Source: Elusimicrobiota bacterium (lineage in GTDB: Bacteria > CG03 > SLGR01 > JBDRKX01). From it: a DNA stretch of 64,000 bases. Every line of letters starts with the position of its first letter. Within the stretch, counting starts at the first letter, position 1. Under the pieces are notes generated by a model. It was given only the letters and a program-made list of their open reading frames with translations. It did not search any database and was not told the origin of the DNA. This document shows positions 1 through 9,905 of this stretch, piece after piece. Location of the stretch: contig JBDRKX010000057.1 in the NCBI GenBank assembly GCA_043813605.1, forward strand, positions 886 to 64,885, given 5' to 3'. The position numbers were made by a program, and so were the translations under genes.

Positions 1-611
1 TGATAATCGTTTTTCGGGAATTCTTCCGGATCCAGCAACGCTTTTACACCTTCCTGCTTTGCTATAACTTTTGCCGGCTGATCATCTATTCCTCCGAAAA
101 AAAAGAAATGAAAAAAAAGCAATCCTGACAAGAGAACAGGAAAAACAAACGACATTGTCATTCTGAAGATATGCCTTTTTACTGTTATATAATAATAAGC
201 GAATCCCCACAAAATCAGCGCCATAAGTGTCATATGGGCTTCTGCTATGTACACGAGTTTCGTATTATACATTACTGCCGTGTGATAGAAATCCAACCAT
301 ATGTATCTGTAAATATAAGGAGGATAATGAGGCACAAACCACATAAAAACCGCAAACCATACCGTCATTCTCAGAAAAAGGGAAAACGCGTATTTCAACG
401 ATGGGATATATATATCAAAGGGTTTTTTGCCGGCATATAGATTGCCGGCTATGATCTCCATTAAGGCCACGGGCATAAACAGCAGAGACATAATAACACT
501 GTCGCTTGCTGATTCCCATGATAATCCGGCAATAATAATATAAATATAGATTGCCCAAACTGAAAACAGAGGGAATATGACCTCAAATATTTTTTTTCTG
601 TTTATGTTCAT
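1..611 (-). CDS. Polytopic membrane protein, N-terminal part of a 4th paralog of the membrane/beta-propeller family; the gene runs off the window start
   Basis: Reverse translation from an ATG at 609-611 gives MNINRKKIFEVIFPLF...FFFGGIDDQPAKVIAKQEGVKALLDPEEFPKNDY. It has multiple hydrophobic helices and the same FYFxGG(L/I) junction motif as ORFs 686-2266, 2272-3864 and 6902-8494. It is absent from the ORF track, which only shows an antisense 171-440 ORF. Confidence 0.6.
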   Translation of the reverse strand, partial: MNINRKKIFEVIFPLFSVWAIYIYIIIAGLSWESASDSVIMSLLFMPVALMEIIAGNLYAGKKPFDIYIPSLKYAFSLFLRMTVWFAVFMWFVPHYPPYIYRYIWLDFYHTAVMYNTKLVYIAEAHMTLMALILWGFAYYYITVKRHIFRMTMSFVFPVLLSGLLFFHFFFFGGIDDQPAKVIAKQEGVKALLDPEEFPKNDY

Positions 612-685
612 ATTTCAGCACTGAACATTATGTTATAATAATATCTTATATCTTGTCAAAGGTATTAAAACGCACAGCAATTACT

Positions 686-2266
686 CTATTTTAGGGAATT
701 TTTTTTCCATACCTGATCTAACTCTATCTTCACAATACCCGCCATAGAGTTGATATACATATCATCCCCGTAGACCGCCAGGCCGGCCGGTTTCCCGCCG
801 ACCTTAACACTCCATAGTCTTTCTCCGCTTTCTATATTGACCGCAATCAATCTGCCATACAGAAAACTGAGCATATATATTGCCTTTCTTTCCCTGTCAA
901 TCCGTATTTTCTGAACATAGGGTTCGCCTTTTAAAACACGCCTTATTTTCAGATCATCCAGTCCAACCAGATAAAGGCTGTCCGTACCGCCGGCCTGGCA
1001 ATAGAGCACTCCTTCATCTTCATCTATTTCCAGCGCTGAAGCGCCGTATATATCCAGATCCAGTGTTCTTATTACTTTCATGTTCTCTGGATCCACCTCA
1101 TAAATATCGTCGCTAAGATTCGTTCCGGTGACATAAAGCATGCCCGATCTGTCTGAAATGCATATATTCCACAAGAGCGTTCCGGGACGGGCATCCGGCG
1201 GGATCATATATCCCAGCATGTTCCCTGTTTCGTAATCATAACTGTAAAGACCGGCAAATATATCAGTACATATAAATATCCTTTTCCTTTCTATATCATG
1301 CCGTATATCGGATGTTTCCCAGTGTTTTACGTCTATTCCGGCAGGGAATGTCCTGATAACAGAAAGATCCCGCTTGTCCAGTTCATAAACTTTTTCTTCA
1401 TACCAAGGCACTGCAAGTATATGCTCTCCTTCGGCAGTCATTGCCCTTATGTAATAACCCGTTGAATATTCGGTCTGTTTGGTATCAATATCTATTCTAA
1501 GGATATTCGGAGATTTTTCATTAATATCTTTACCGAATGTTTTAGCATAATTCGCATACAACGCATTTTCTTTCGGATCTATATATATGTCCCGCGGATA
1601 TAACCTGTACTCTTCAGTCCATTTTAAATAATGAAAATAATCCTTTTTTGGGAATTCATCAGCCGAATAGAATATTTTCACACCATTCTGAGACGATATT
1701 TCTTCCGGTGAAGCTTTTCCCAGCCCGCCTGTGAAATAAAAGTGATAAAAAAGCATATAGCACAGTACCCCGGGCATTATCAGCGAACTGAAAATACGTA
1801 ATATCCGTTTTTTCACCGTAAGAAAAGAATACGATATAATCCATATTATGAATGCCAGCCAAGCCAAGTATGATTCTGCGGTAAAAACGAGTAACAGATT
1901 CGGGATAAAAAATGTGTAAATCAATTCCATATGTATGCGGTTGGCAGGCATATGCATTTCTACAAGCCAAAATGCATAGAGACACAGCCAGAAAACGATC
2001 CTGCCAAAAATAGTTATACGCGACAATGTTTTCTTCTGTGGTTTACCGGCAGAGTATTTATCAAAATAGCAGCGGTTCCAGACCGCTTCAAAAAAAACAA
2101 CAGGGACGAAAAATATTAAAAGGAACCATACATTGATTATGTCCTTAAGCATCAAATGGCTCAGCAGCCTGATATATACCACGACGATCCATACAGAGGT
2201 TAATGGAGAGAGGAAATAGACAATGCCTGACATCGCCTTCATTAATACCCTCTTTGTATAATCCAT
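686..2266 (-). CDS. Membrane protein with about 7 TM helices and a C-terminal YVTN/PQQ-like beta-propeller (paralog 1)
   Basis: N-terminal half is hydrophobic. Motif HFYFTGGLG is followed by repeated LYVTG and GKPAGLA blade-like motifs. It is paralogous to 2272-3864 and 6902-8494. Confidence 0.75.
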   Translation of the reverse strand: MDYTKRVLMKAMSGIVYFLSPLTSVWIVVVYIRLLSHLMLKDIINVWFLLIFFVPVVFFEAVWNRCYFDKYSAGKPQKKTLSRITIFGRIVFWLCLYAFWLVEMHMPANRIHMELIYTFFIPNLLLVFTAESYLAWLAFIIWIISYSFLTVKKRILRIFSSLIMPGVLCYMLFYHFYFTGGLGKASPEEISSQNGVKIFYSADEFPKKDYFHYLKWTEEYRLYPRDIYIDPKENALYANYAKTFGKDINEKSPNILRIDIDTKQTEYSTGYYIRAMTAEGEHILAVPWYEEKVYELDKRDLSVIRTFPAGIDVKHWETSDIRHDIERKRIFICTDIFAGLYSYDYETGNMLGYMIPPDARPGTLLWNICISDRSGMLYVTGTNLSDDIYEVDPENMKVIRTLDLDIYGASALEIDEDEGVLYCQAGGTDSLYLVGLDDLKIRRVLKGEPYVQKIRIDRERKAIYMLSFLYGRLIAVNIESGERLWSVKVGGKPAGLAVYGDDMYINSMAGIVKIELDQVWKKNSLK

Positions 2267-2271
2267 GTCCC

Positions 2272-3864
2272 TTACTTATTCTCCCTTTTTGCCTGTGATG
2301 CCCTCCAGACTTCTTCAAGTTTTACAGAGATAATGCCCGCTCTTGAATTGATATATAGCATATCTCCGCCATAAGCCAGTCCGTAGGGCTTACCTCCCGT
2401 ATTCAGCTCCCAGTACCTCCTGCCGGTGTCAATATCAACTGCAGTTAGTTTTCCGTATATGTAGCTGAGGAGATAAAGACAGTTTCTGTCTTCATCTATA
2501 TGTATTTTTCTGGAATGCACACAACCCCTTATCTGTCTTTTTACCGTAAAAGATTCTATGTCTATTATGCACAATCGGTTTGTGCCCCAGTCCTGGCAAT
2601 ATATAACCTTATTCTTATCATCGAGCTTAAGCGCGCAGACCTCGACTATATCCAGGTCAAGTGTCCTGGTTATTTCAAGCCTGTCAGGATCGACTTCCAG
2701 CAGGTCTATTTTACCCGGTCCCTGCACAGCAAGATATATCATTCCCGTAGTTTCCGATACCTGCATAAGCCATAATTCTACTGTACCGAATTTTTTTAAA
2801 ATATCTGCTTCCATAGTGCCTATAAGTTCCCCTGTTTTATAATCGTATTTCTGGAGCCTGGCATCCATATCGTATGTTATATATACGCAATTCCTTGACC
2901 GATCCTTAAAAATATCCCGCACTTTACAGGAATTATACCTGTATTCTTTAAGCGCAAATACACGTCTTACTGACAGGTCTTTCTTTTCTAACTCATATAT
3001 TTTTTTCTCGAACCATGGTGCAGCCATAAGAGATGAATTACCGACCCATACATCCCGTATATAAAATCCGGCAAAATAATCTGTCTTTTTTGTATTTAGG
3101 TCTATCCTCAGTAAAGTCGGCATTCTTTTAGGCGTTTCTATCATGGTTTCTGCGTAAACGCAGTACAATGCATTCTCGGCATTGTCATAATAAAGACTCC
3201 TGGGATGAAACCGCACAGTATCATTCCATTTTGTATAATAGATGTAATCCGTTTTAGGGAAATCGGCGGCCGCGTATACCACGTCTACACCCGCCTGTTT
3301 TACTATTTCCTGCGTAGGCCGATCGCCTAATCCGCCGGCAAAATAAAAATGCTGCATCAGCAGATAACTAAAAAACACCGGAAGCAGAAGTGAAGAGAAT
3401 ATTCTAAAAACCCTCCTCTTTACTGCAAATCCGTAATAGGCAATAAGCCACAAAATAAACATAAGAACAGATATGTAGGATTCAGCCAGATATATAGACC
3501 AGGTCAGTGAAAAAAAATATCTTGGCGGAAAATTAAGAAACGCCCAATAATCATTATCGGGGAAATAAGCGTGTACCGTAAGATATAAATAGAGAACCAG
3601 CCAGAACAATATCCGTAATACCGCATGGACTGTCCCGGTCCAATTCCGGCCAAGAACTTTTCCGTCGGGAAACAACCTTGACAATACCAACTCATATAGT
3701 ATTACCGGGATAAAAAGCAGGATAGTCACCCCGGCATGAATACTGTTCCTGCTGTTCAGATGAAAGATCAGCCACAAATAGTAACCGGCGACCCATGTAA
3801 TCAACAGGGGTGTACAAAAAAAGCATACCTTGCGTATCAAATCCCGCAGCCATTTAGTATTCAT
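2272..3864 (-). CDS. Membrane protein with C-terminal YVTN/PQQ-like beta-propeller (paralog 2)
   Basis: Same architecture as paralog 1: HFYFAGGLG, LYINSRAGI, GGKPYGLA. It lies 5 nt from the neighbouring paralog and 1 nt from the upstream rSAM. Confidence 0.75.
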   Translation of the reverse strand: MNTKWLRDLIRKVCFFCTPLLITWVAGYYLWLIFHLNSRNSIHAGVTILLFIPVILYELVLSRLFPDGKVLGRNWTGTVHAVLRILFWLVLYLYLTVHAYFPDNDYWAFLNFPPRYFFSLTWSIYLAESYISVLMFILWLIAYYGFAVKRRVFRIFSSLLLPVFFSYLLMQHFYFAGGLGDRPTQEIVKQAGVDVVYAAADFPKTDYIYYTKWNDTVRFHPRSLYYDNAENALYCVYAETMIETPKRMPTLLRIDLNTKKTDYFAGFYIRDVWVGNSSLMAAPWFEKKIYELEKKDLSVRRVFALKEYRYNSCKVRDIFKDRSRNCVYITYDMDARLQKYDYKTGELIGTMEADILKKFGTVELWLMQVSETTGMIYLAVQGPGKIDLLEVDPDRLEITRTLDLDIVEVCALKLDDKNKVIYCQDWGTNRLCIIDIESFTVKRQIRGCVHSRKIHIDEDRNCLYLLSYIYGKLTAVDIDTGRRYWELNTGGKPYGLAYGGDMLYINSRAGIISVKLEEVWRASQAKRENK

Positions 3865-3865
3865 A

Positions 3866-5251
3866 TCAGCAGTTTTTCCTGTTTCTTTTTAATCCCAGTA
3901 TATTATAATCCAACAACCTCTGTATAATATATCTTATTTGAAAAAGCCTCAGGTTCTCAATCAGTCCTCCCAATTGCCGCGGCCGCATAAAGAACTTCAA
4001 GAAAGCCCGCCTGACAGCAGAAGAAAGAATTTCTTCATCAACAGTCGGCGGGACCCATTTTACCGACTGAAAACTCCTCAATTTTCTGTCGGATTTGATC
4101 TCTGTCCCGTATTTTTCCCACAATTCAGTTCCGGGAAGAATATCAAGAAAAAGGAACTGGGCACGCAGCAACCGGCTTCTCAGCGCAAATTCTATTGTTT
4201 TCTCGATAGTTTCTTCTGTTTCCCCGGGCAGACCAAAGATAAAGAAACCCTGAACAGCAATTCCTGCTCTATCAATCATCTCTATGGCCCTGCCTATAAC
4301 TTCTACCGATGTATTCTTTCGGACATTATTAAGTATTCCCTCATCTGCGGATTCTATACCGAGAGCCAGCATATAACATCCCGACTTTTTCATAAGCGCA
4401 AGTAACTCATCATCAAGTAGCGTCTCTGCCCTCAATCCGTTAGGACAACACCAGGAGATATCCAGTTCACGCCTTATTATATCTTCGCATATTAAAGTAA
4501 GGTGTTTCCTGTCAGCAGATAGATTATCATCTTCAAAATGGATCTCTCTGACCCCGTATTCACGAACGAGATATTCTATTTCATCAACAACCAAGCGAGG
4601 TTTTCTGAAGCGAATAACATTACCCCATATCCCGCTCGAAGCGCAGAAACTGCAAACGCAGTAACATCCGCGCGTTGTTATTACCGGCGCCGCAGGAAAA
4701 CCCTTTATCAACCCTCCATGCGGAGCTTTTCTGTATTTGGAAGGATTGATCTGCTCCCAGTCCGGAATAGCTATCTCATTAATATCCGGTTTCAGCTTTC
4801 TAGGAATAAATCCTTCCCGGGATATCGCTGAATTCACAAACCCGGGTATTTTCAGGTTCTCAATTCCGGTATCTTGCATCCTGGTAATAATTTCTAGAAG
4901 TGTTTCTTCGCCTTCCCCCACTACGACACCGTCTGCTTTGGTCTTTTCCAGGCTCTCATATGGCATAGCTGTCGGATGAGGACCGCCCAAAACGACTTTA
5001 ACAGCCCGCTTTTTGAGCATCCCAGTCAGTTCTATGACATTATCAAAAAAGTCAGTCATACAGTATATGCCTACAAGATCACAATCGGATAACCTTGCCG
5101 CGAGCCTGCTGTTTTTTATTCTCAAGTTAAGTCCGTCTATAATAATCGTTTCTATCCCGGCTTTTTTTAAACTTGAACTCAGATAGCCCAGCGCAAGCGG
5201 AGGCGTTATCAGATGGGTATGGTATAATGGTCTGCAGAGGCCTACTTTCAT
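3866..5251 (-). CDS. B12-binding domain radical SAM protein (subfamily B, COG1032-like)
   Basis: N-terminal Rossmann-like B12-binding region (VLGGPHPT, VGEGE). Radical SAM motif TTRGCYCVCSFC fits CxxxCxxC. Confidence 0.8.
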   Translation of the reverse strand: MKVGLCRPLYHTHLITPPLALGYLSSSLKKAGIETIIIDGLNLRIKNSRLAARLSDCDLVGIYCMTDFFDNVIELTGMLKKRAVKVVLGGPHPTAMPYESLEKTKADGVVVGEGEETLLEIITRMQDTGIENLKIPGFVNSAISREGFIPRKLKPDINEIAIPDWEQINPSKYRKAPHGGLIKGFPAAPVITTRGCYCVCSFCASSGIWGNVIRFRKPRLVVDEIEYLVREYGVREIHFEDDNLSADRKHLTLICEDIIRRELDISWCCPNGLRAETLLDDELLALMKKSGCYMLALGIESADEGILNNVRKNTSVEVIGRAIEMIDRAGIAVQGFFIFGLPGETEETIEKTIEFALRSRLLRAQFLFLDILPGTELWEKYGTEIKSDRKLRSFQSVKWVPPTVDEEILSSAVRRAFLKFFMRPRQLGGLIENLRLFQIRYIIQRLLDYNILGLKRNRKNC

Positions 5252-5359
5252 CGCTCTATGCCGGCATTATAATCAAACTTCCGCATGACTATTAAAATTA
5301 TCTATGAGGATTATCATATCAGGAAATTCCGCTGTATCAGATTTATGCCCGGCATAAAT

Positions 5360-6811
5360 TCATTCTGTTAGATTATCACCCGCACATACGAAAAAATATC
5401 CGATTATATATTCAAAATCCAGTCCATCCCTGAAGCCTGCTATAAAAAACCTGATAAGATTGATAAAAAAACCGGCTTTCTGCTTTTTAATCAGCCGGAA
5501 AGCCCTTCTTAATGTAAAATAAAAAAGACATTTATAACGGAATAATCCTACTTTGCGCGGATTCAGTGAGTCAGTTACTATATTGTACCTCCTGTGCAGT
5601 GAGTCTATTCCGTCCCACCCGGTGACTTTTCCTCCTTTCTCCAGCAGTATTTCGGCGGATCTTGTCTTATGGAGCGGCCGGTATGTGAAGAATATCGGCC
5701 TGTCCACATCCAGTTCCCTGACAAAATCGAATGTATCTTTAAGTGTTTCGGGCGTCTCTCCGGGTCCGCCCAGCATATTATAACCTGTTATCTTTATACC
5801 CTCTTTATGTATCATCTCAAAAACCCGCCTGTATTGGTCATTAGAGATATTCTTATTATATATCCCCCTGCGTATACCCTCATTCCCGGCTTCTATCCCG
5901 GTTCTTAATATTCTACAATTTGCTGACGCCAGCATCTTTATGCGTTCTTCGTCTATTGTATCTGCCCGGGTAAAGCACGAAAAAGGGAGCTCCCCCGATA
6001 ATCCGCTCTTTTTATACGCAGTTACAAAACCAAAAAGCCATTCCTTATTGTTCGGAAACACCGGATCGAAAATATGCGCGATACGCATACCTCTGTTTTT
6101 ATATTTTTCATAATGATATCTTATTTCTTCGACAAATGATTCAGGAGTGCGCCATCTGATATGGGGCCCGGGTATCTTTTCCCTCTTTAATGCCTCGGAA
6201 CAGTACGTACATGAAAATGGGCAGCCCCTGTTTCCTATTACATAGAGCATCTGATTATAGAACAGGTATTTATCTATGTCTTTCCACTGATCATAATCCG
6301 GGAACGGTAATGAGTCAAGGTCTTCTATTAATGGCCTTGTGGTATTCCTTACTATCTTTCCTGTATTATCCCTGAACCAGACACCTTTTATTCCACTGAA
6401 CGGCTTACTGTTTTCCAAATTATCAAGATATTCTTCCAATGCATATTCGCCGTCGCCCATAATAATAGCATCGACTTGCGGATAATTATTTATGGAATCA
6501 TCAGGATCGACTGCACAGTGCCAACCGCCCATAATTATTTTCAGAGAATCCTTATTCTTTTTTGCCTCTGATATTATTTCTCTGCAATAGGGCATATATA
6601 GAGATGTGGCGGATATGCCCAGCACATCCGGATCCTGGCTGCATAGTTCGGCGGCCAGATGTTTTTTCCATTTTTTCCGGTGGAATGTAAAATCGATTAT
6701 ACTCGATTCATGTATCGTACGTTCGTTTATATACGTAGAGAGACATGTTATGCCTATGTCCAGTATGGAAACATCTCCGCTCAGATTCGGATTGACAATA
6801 GAAACCTTCAT
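5360..6811 (-). CDS. B12-binding domain radical SAM protein (subfamily B)
   Basis: IIMGGWHC and MGDGE B12-domain motifs. IGNRGCPFSCTYC CxxxCxxC cluster. Confidence 0.8.
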   Translation of the reverse strand: MKVSIVNPNLSGDVSILDIGITCLSTYINERTIHESSIIDFTFHRKKWKKHLAAELCSQDPDVLGISATSLYMPYCREIISEAKKNKDSLKIIMGGWHCAVDPDDSINNYPQVDAIIMGDGEYALEEYLDNLENSKPFSGIKGVWFRDNTGKIVRNTTRPLIEDLDSLPFPDYDQWKDIDKYLFYNQMLYVIGNRGCPFSCTYCSEALKREKIPGPHIRWRTPESFVEEIRYHYEKYKNRGMRIAHIFDPVFPNNKEWLFGFVTAYKKSGLSGELPFSCFTRADTIDEERIKMLASANCRILRTGIEAGNEGIRRGIYNKNISNDQYRRVFEMIHKEGIKITGYNMLGGPGETPETLKDTFDFVRELDVDRPIFFTYRPLHKTRSAEILLEKGGKVTGWDGIDSLHRRYNIVTDSLNPRKVGLFRYKCLFYFTLRRAFRLIKKQKAGFFINLIRFFIAGFRDGLDFEYIIGYFFVCAGDNLTE

Positions 6812-6901
6812 TTCAAGCCTTTTGTTCTCCTGAGACTTTTAAATATCATGTTATTTTCGATTATAGCAACAATCCGCATCAAATTAAACCGGCTTCCCGT
6901 A

Positions 6902-8494
6902 CTAATCTGTCCTGTCGTATTTATTCCACACACTATTTAGATCAAGATATATTATGCCGGACATTGAACTTATGTAAAGTCGGTCTCCCTCACGGGCGAG
7001 TCCGTAAGGTTTCCCGCCGACTTTCAAAGACCATTTTCTTTTTCCTGATTCAAGGTCAAGAGCAACGATCCTGCCATAGAAATATCCTAAAAGATACAGG
7101 CAGCGCCTCTGCCTGTCAATAGAAATCCTGCGAGAATGGACTTCGCCGGACAGCAACCGCTTTACAGTGAATTTTCTGATATCAATCTCGTAAAGCCTTG
7201 ACGAGCCTCCGTCCTGGCAGTAAAGAACACCCTGTTCATCGTCTATCTTTAAAGCTGTCGGTTCTACAATATCAAAGTCAAGTGTTCTTGTTATTTTTAA
7301 AGTCGATGGGTCTATTTCAATAATATTCATATCTTTGGCTGCCTGCGGGACTATATATATCATGCCTGTCTTTTCTGAAACCTGCATAAGCCACAACTCT
7401 ACTGTTCCATAGTCTTTAAAACCGGCAGGGTCTGTCTCCATGACAAGCGAGCCCGTGCTGTAGTCGTACTTCTGCAGTACAGACTGCATATCATGCGTTA
7501 CATAGAGGCAGTTTTCCGCTTCACTATAGTGAATATCTCTGATTTTGAATGGATATATCCCGCCATCAAATGGGAATGATCTCACTAACGACAGATCATC
7601 TTTTCTGAATTCATATATTTTTCTTTCAAACCAGGGTGCAATAATAACAGTATCAGATGTCTGACAGATACTCCGGGCATAGTATGATGTCCGGTATACC
7701 GTACTTCGGGTTTCCATATCAATACGTAATAGACAGGGAAATATCTTTTTCTCTTCGTGAAAAGTATTCGCATACACTGCATACAGAGCATTTTGCCTAT
7801 TGTCTATGATTATCCCGCCGGGATTTAACTTCACTTTTTTTGTCCATTGCATAAAATGAGCATAATCCCTTCTGGGAAAATTATCTTCAGTATAGAATAT
7901 CTTTACTCCCGGCTGCCCTGCAATCGAATTCCCTGATGCCGAACCCATTCCGCCAAAAAAATAAAAATGGGCCATTAATCCGTATGCACACGCCCCCGGC
8001 AGTATAAGCGACACTACTATTCTTAATTTTCTTCTTTTTACTACAACCGCCCAATAGATCAAAAACCATAGAAAGAATGCGGCAAGTGCGTACAGCCATT
8101 GTGCTCTTAATATTGCACACACAAAATTAATTATATGCTGTAATGGAAACCCGAAAAAAAGGCGGATTTGAGTATCTGTGGCCCACGGCTGATGAGTCGA
8201 ATACACTGCATTAAGATAGAACAGATAAATAAAAAACCATAACATTATCCTTAAAGCAACGGCTATTTTTTCTTTTAATTCCAAGGGCCATAATCTAAGC
8301 GGGCGGCGCGATAAAAAAATGCCGCCGCCTGCCAGCTCTATCAATATTACCGGAAGAAAGAAGAGCAGCATAAGTCCTATAGGGATCCTGTTCTTATAAT
8401 TGATCTGATAAAGAAAACATATATACAGGACATTTACCCAGACGCCCGATAACGGGCCCAAAATCTGTGTTAGTTTTACTGCGATATACCGCAT
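6902..8494 (-). CDS. Membrane protein with C-terminal YVTN/PQQ-like beta-propeller (paralog 3)
   Basis: AHFYFFGGMG junction, then LYVTHDMQ, GGKPYGLA, LYISSMSG blades. It is paralogous to 686-2266 and 2272-3864. Confidence 0.75.
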   Translation of the reverse strand: MRYIAVKLTQILGPLSGVWVNVLYICFLYQINYKNRIPIGLMLLFFLPVILIELAGGGIFLSRRPLRLWPLELKEKIAVALRIMLWFFIYLFYLNAVYSTHQPWATDTQIRLFFGFPLQHIINFVCAILRAQWLYALAAFFLWFLIYWAVVVKRRKLRIVVSLILPGACAYGLMAHFYFFGGMGSASGNSIAGQPGVKIFYTEDNFPRRDYAHFMQWTKKVKLNPGGIIIDNRQNALYAVYANTFHEEKKIFPCLLRIDMETRSTVYRTSYYARSICQTSDTVIIAPWFERKIYEFRKDDLSLVRSFPFDGGIYPFKIRDIHYSEAENCLYVTHDMQSVLQKYDYSTGSLVMETDPAGFKDYGTVELWLMQVSEKTGMIYIVPQAAKDMNIIEIDPSTLKITRTLDFDIVEPTALKIDDEQGVLYCQDGGSSRLYEIDIRKFTVKRLLSGEVHSRRISIDRQRRCLYLLGYFYGRIVALDLESGKRKWSLKVGGKPYGLAREGDRLYISSMSGIIYLDLNSVWNKYDRTD

Positions 8495-8501
8495 AATACA
8501 G

Positions 8502-9905
8502 CTATATAAAATAACCGGTTATCTTCAAGGCATTCCTGAAAACGATTATTTTTCTGGGCATCCTCACAAGAAGCCGGATTATCCTCGTTATGTTCAGATA
8601 AAACCTTCTGTATGCATACCGCTGAATTTTCTTAAGCGGTTTTTTTATCACCTTTTCATAACTTGTTTTCCCGGCATAATAGTGACATGAAGAATCATAA
8701 TCTAATTCAAATTCAGCATAATTATCTTTCACGATATCATATAGTTCCGTTTTTTTCTGCGGTGTAACCACAAAAAAACCCGCAAAATCCAGGGGGGCCC
8801 GGCAGGCGAAGTCTACGGTCTCCAGCATCTCATCAACGGTTTCCGTGGGGAAACCTATCATGAAATAGCACTTTGTCAGCAATCCCAGCCTGCTGGCACA
8901 GCGTATATTTTGAAGCAATTTCTTTTTGTTTATGTTCTTTTTTATCATTTTCTGTATCCTGTCAGAGGCACTTTCCAATGCAAAGGTTATCATGTATGTT
9001 CCCGCTTTTTTCAGTTTAAGTATGGCAGCACTGTCTAGGATATCCCCCCTTATACCATTAGGAAAACATATCTTCACGTCAATTCCGGATTCTATTATCA
9101 TATCACATATTTTATGAAGTCTTTTTAAGTCAAGATTAAATATATCATCAAACACATGGAATTCGTCAATACAATATTTTTCCCTGAGCAGTTTTATCTC
9201 ACTGAATACATTCTCCGCCGACCGTTTTCTGAAATTTCTGCCGAAAATATTATGGCAGAAGATACATTTATAGGGACATCCCCTTGAAGTTATGATACCC
9301 ATATATTTACGGCCGCTCATAACAAGATTCATACTTAGCACACCCGTATTTGAATATGCGTCAATATCAAGCAGGTCCCAGGCAGGGAAAGGCAGTTCAT
9401 CAAGATTGCCGATAAGTTCAACTGGTTTGGTTTTAATATAAGTGCCATTTTCCCTATATGCTATTCCCGGGATACCGGAGACATTCCCTCCATCGTACAG
9501 TTTTTCAAATATCCTGCAGAAACTTATCTCACCCTCCCCTATTACTGCAATATCTATATTAGTATCATCCAGTATATCTTCGCTGCACATAGTGGCATGA
9601 GGCCCTCCTGCTATTACCGGTATGTTTTTATCCTGCTTTTTTATATAACGGGCTATTTCATGAAGTTTACTGTCTTCTTCACTGCAGGCACTTACTCCCA
9701 CAATATCCGGCTTGAATTGCCCCGCCATAAAACGGATGGCAGATGGCTGCCGGTTTCCTATCCTGAGATCGACAATTCTTATGTCACATTGAGCGGGATA
9801 TTCAGCTCTTAGATATGACGCTATATATGCCAATCCGAGGGGGGGGGCAATATCATCAATCCGGCCTGAAAAAGGTTTTATCAGTAGGATTCTTTTTCTT
9901 TTCAT
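8502..9905 (-). CDS. B12-binding domain radical SAM protein (subfamily B)
   Basis: IAGGPHAT and IGEGE motifs. TSRGCPYKCIFC CxxxCxxC cluster. 4-nt overlap with the upstream gene. Confidence 0.8.
   Translation of the reverse strand: MKRKRILLIKPFSGRIDDIAPPLGLAYIASYLRAEYPAQCDIRIVDLRIGNRQPSAIRFMAGQFKPDIVGVSACSEEDSKLHEIARYIKKQDKNIPVIAGGPHATMCSEDILDDTNIDIAVIGEGEISFCRIFEKLYDGGNVSGIPGIAYRENGTYIKTKPVELIGNLDELPFPAWDLLDIDAYSNTGVLSMNLVMSGRKYMGIITSRGCPYKCIFCHNIFGRNFRKRSAENVFSEIKLLREKYCIDEFHVFDDIFNLDLKRLHKICDMIIESGIDVKICFPNGIRGDILDSAAILKLKKAGTYMITFALESASDRIQKMIKKNINKKKLLQNIRCASRLGLLTKCYFMIGFPTETVDEMLETVDFACRAPLDFAGFFVVTPQKKTELYDIVKDNYAEFELDYDSSCHYYAGKTSYEKVIKKPLKKIQRYAYRRFYLNITRIIRLLVRMPRKIIVFRNALKITGYFI

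Noticed and set aside
171-440. 89-aa plus-strand ORF at the window start
   Set aside because: The opposite strand encodes a partial paralog of the membrane/propeller family with clear homology to three neighbouring genes. The plus ORF is its shadow.
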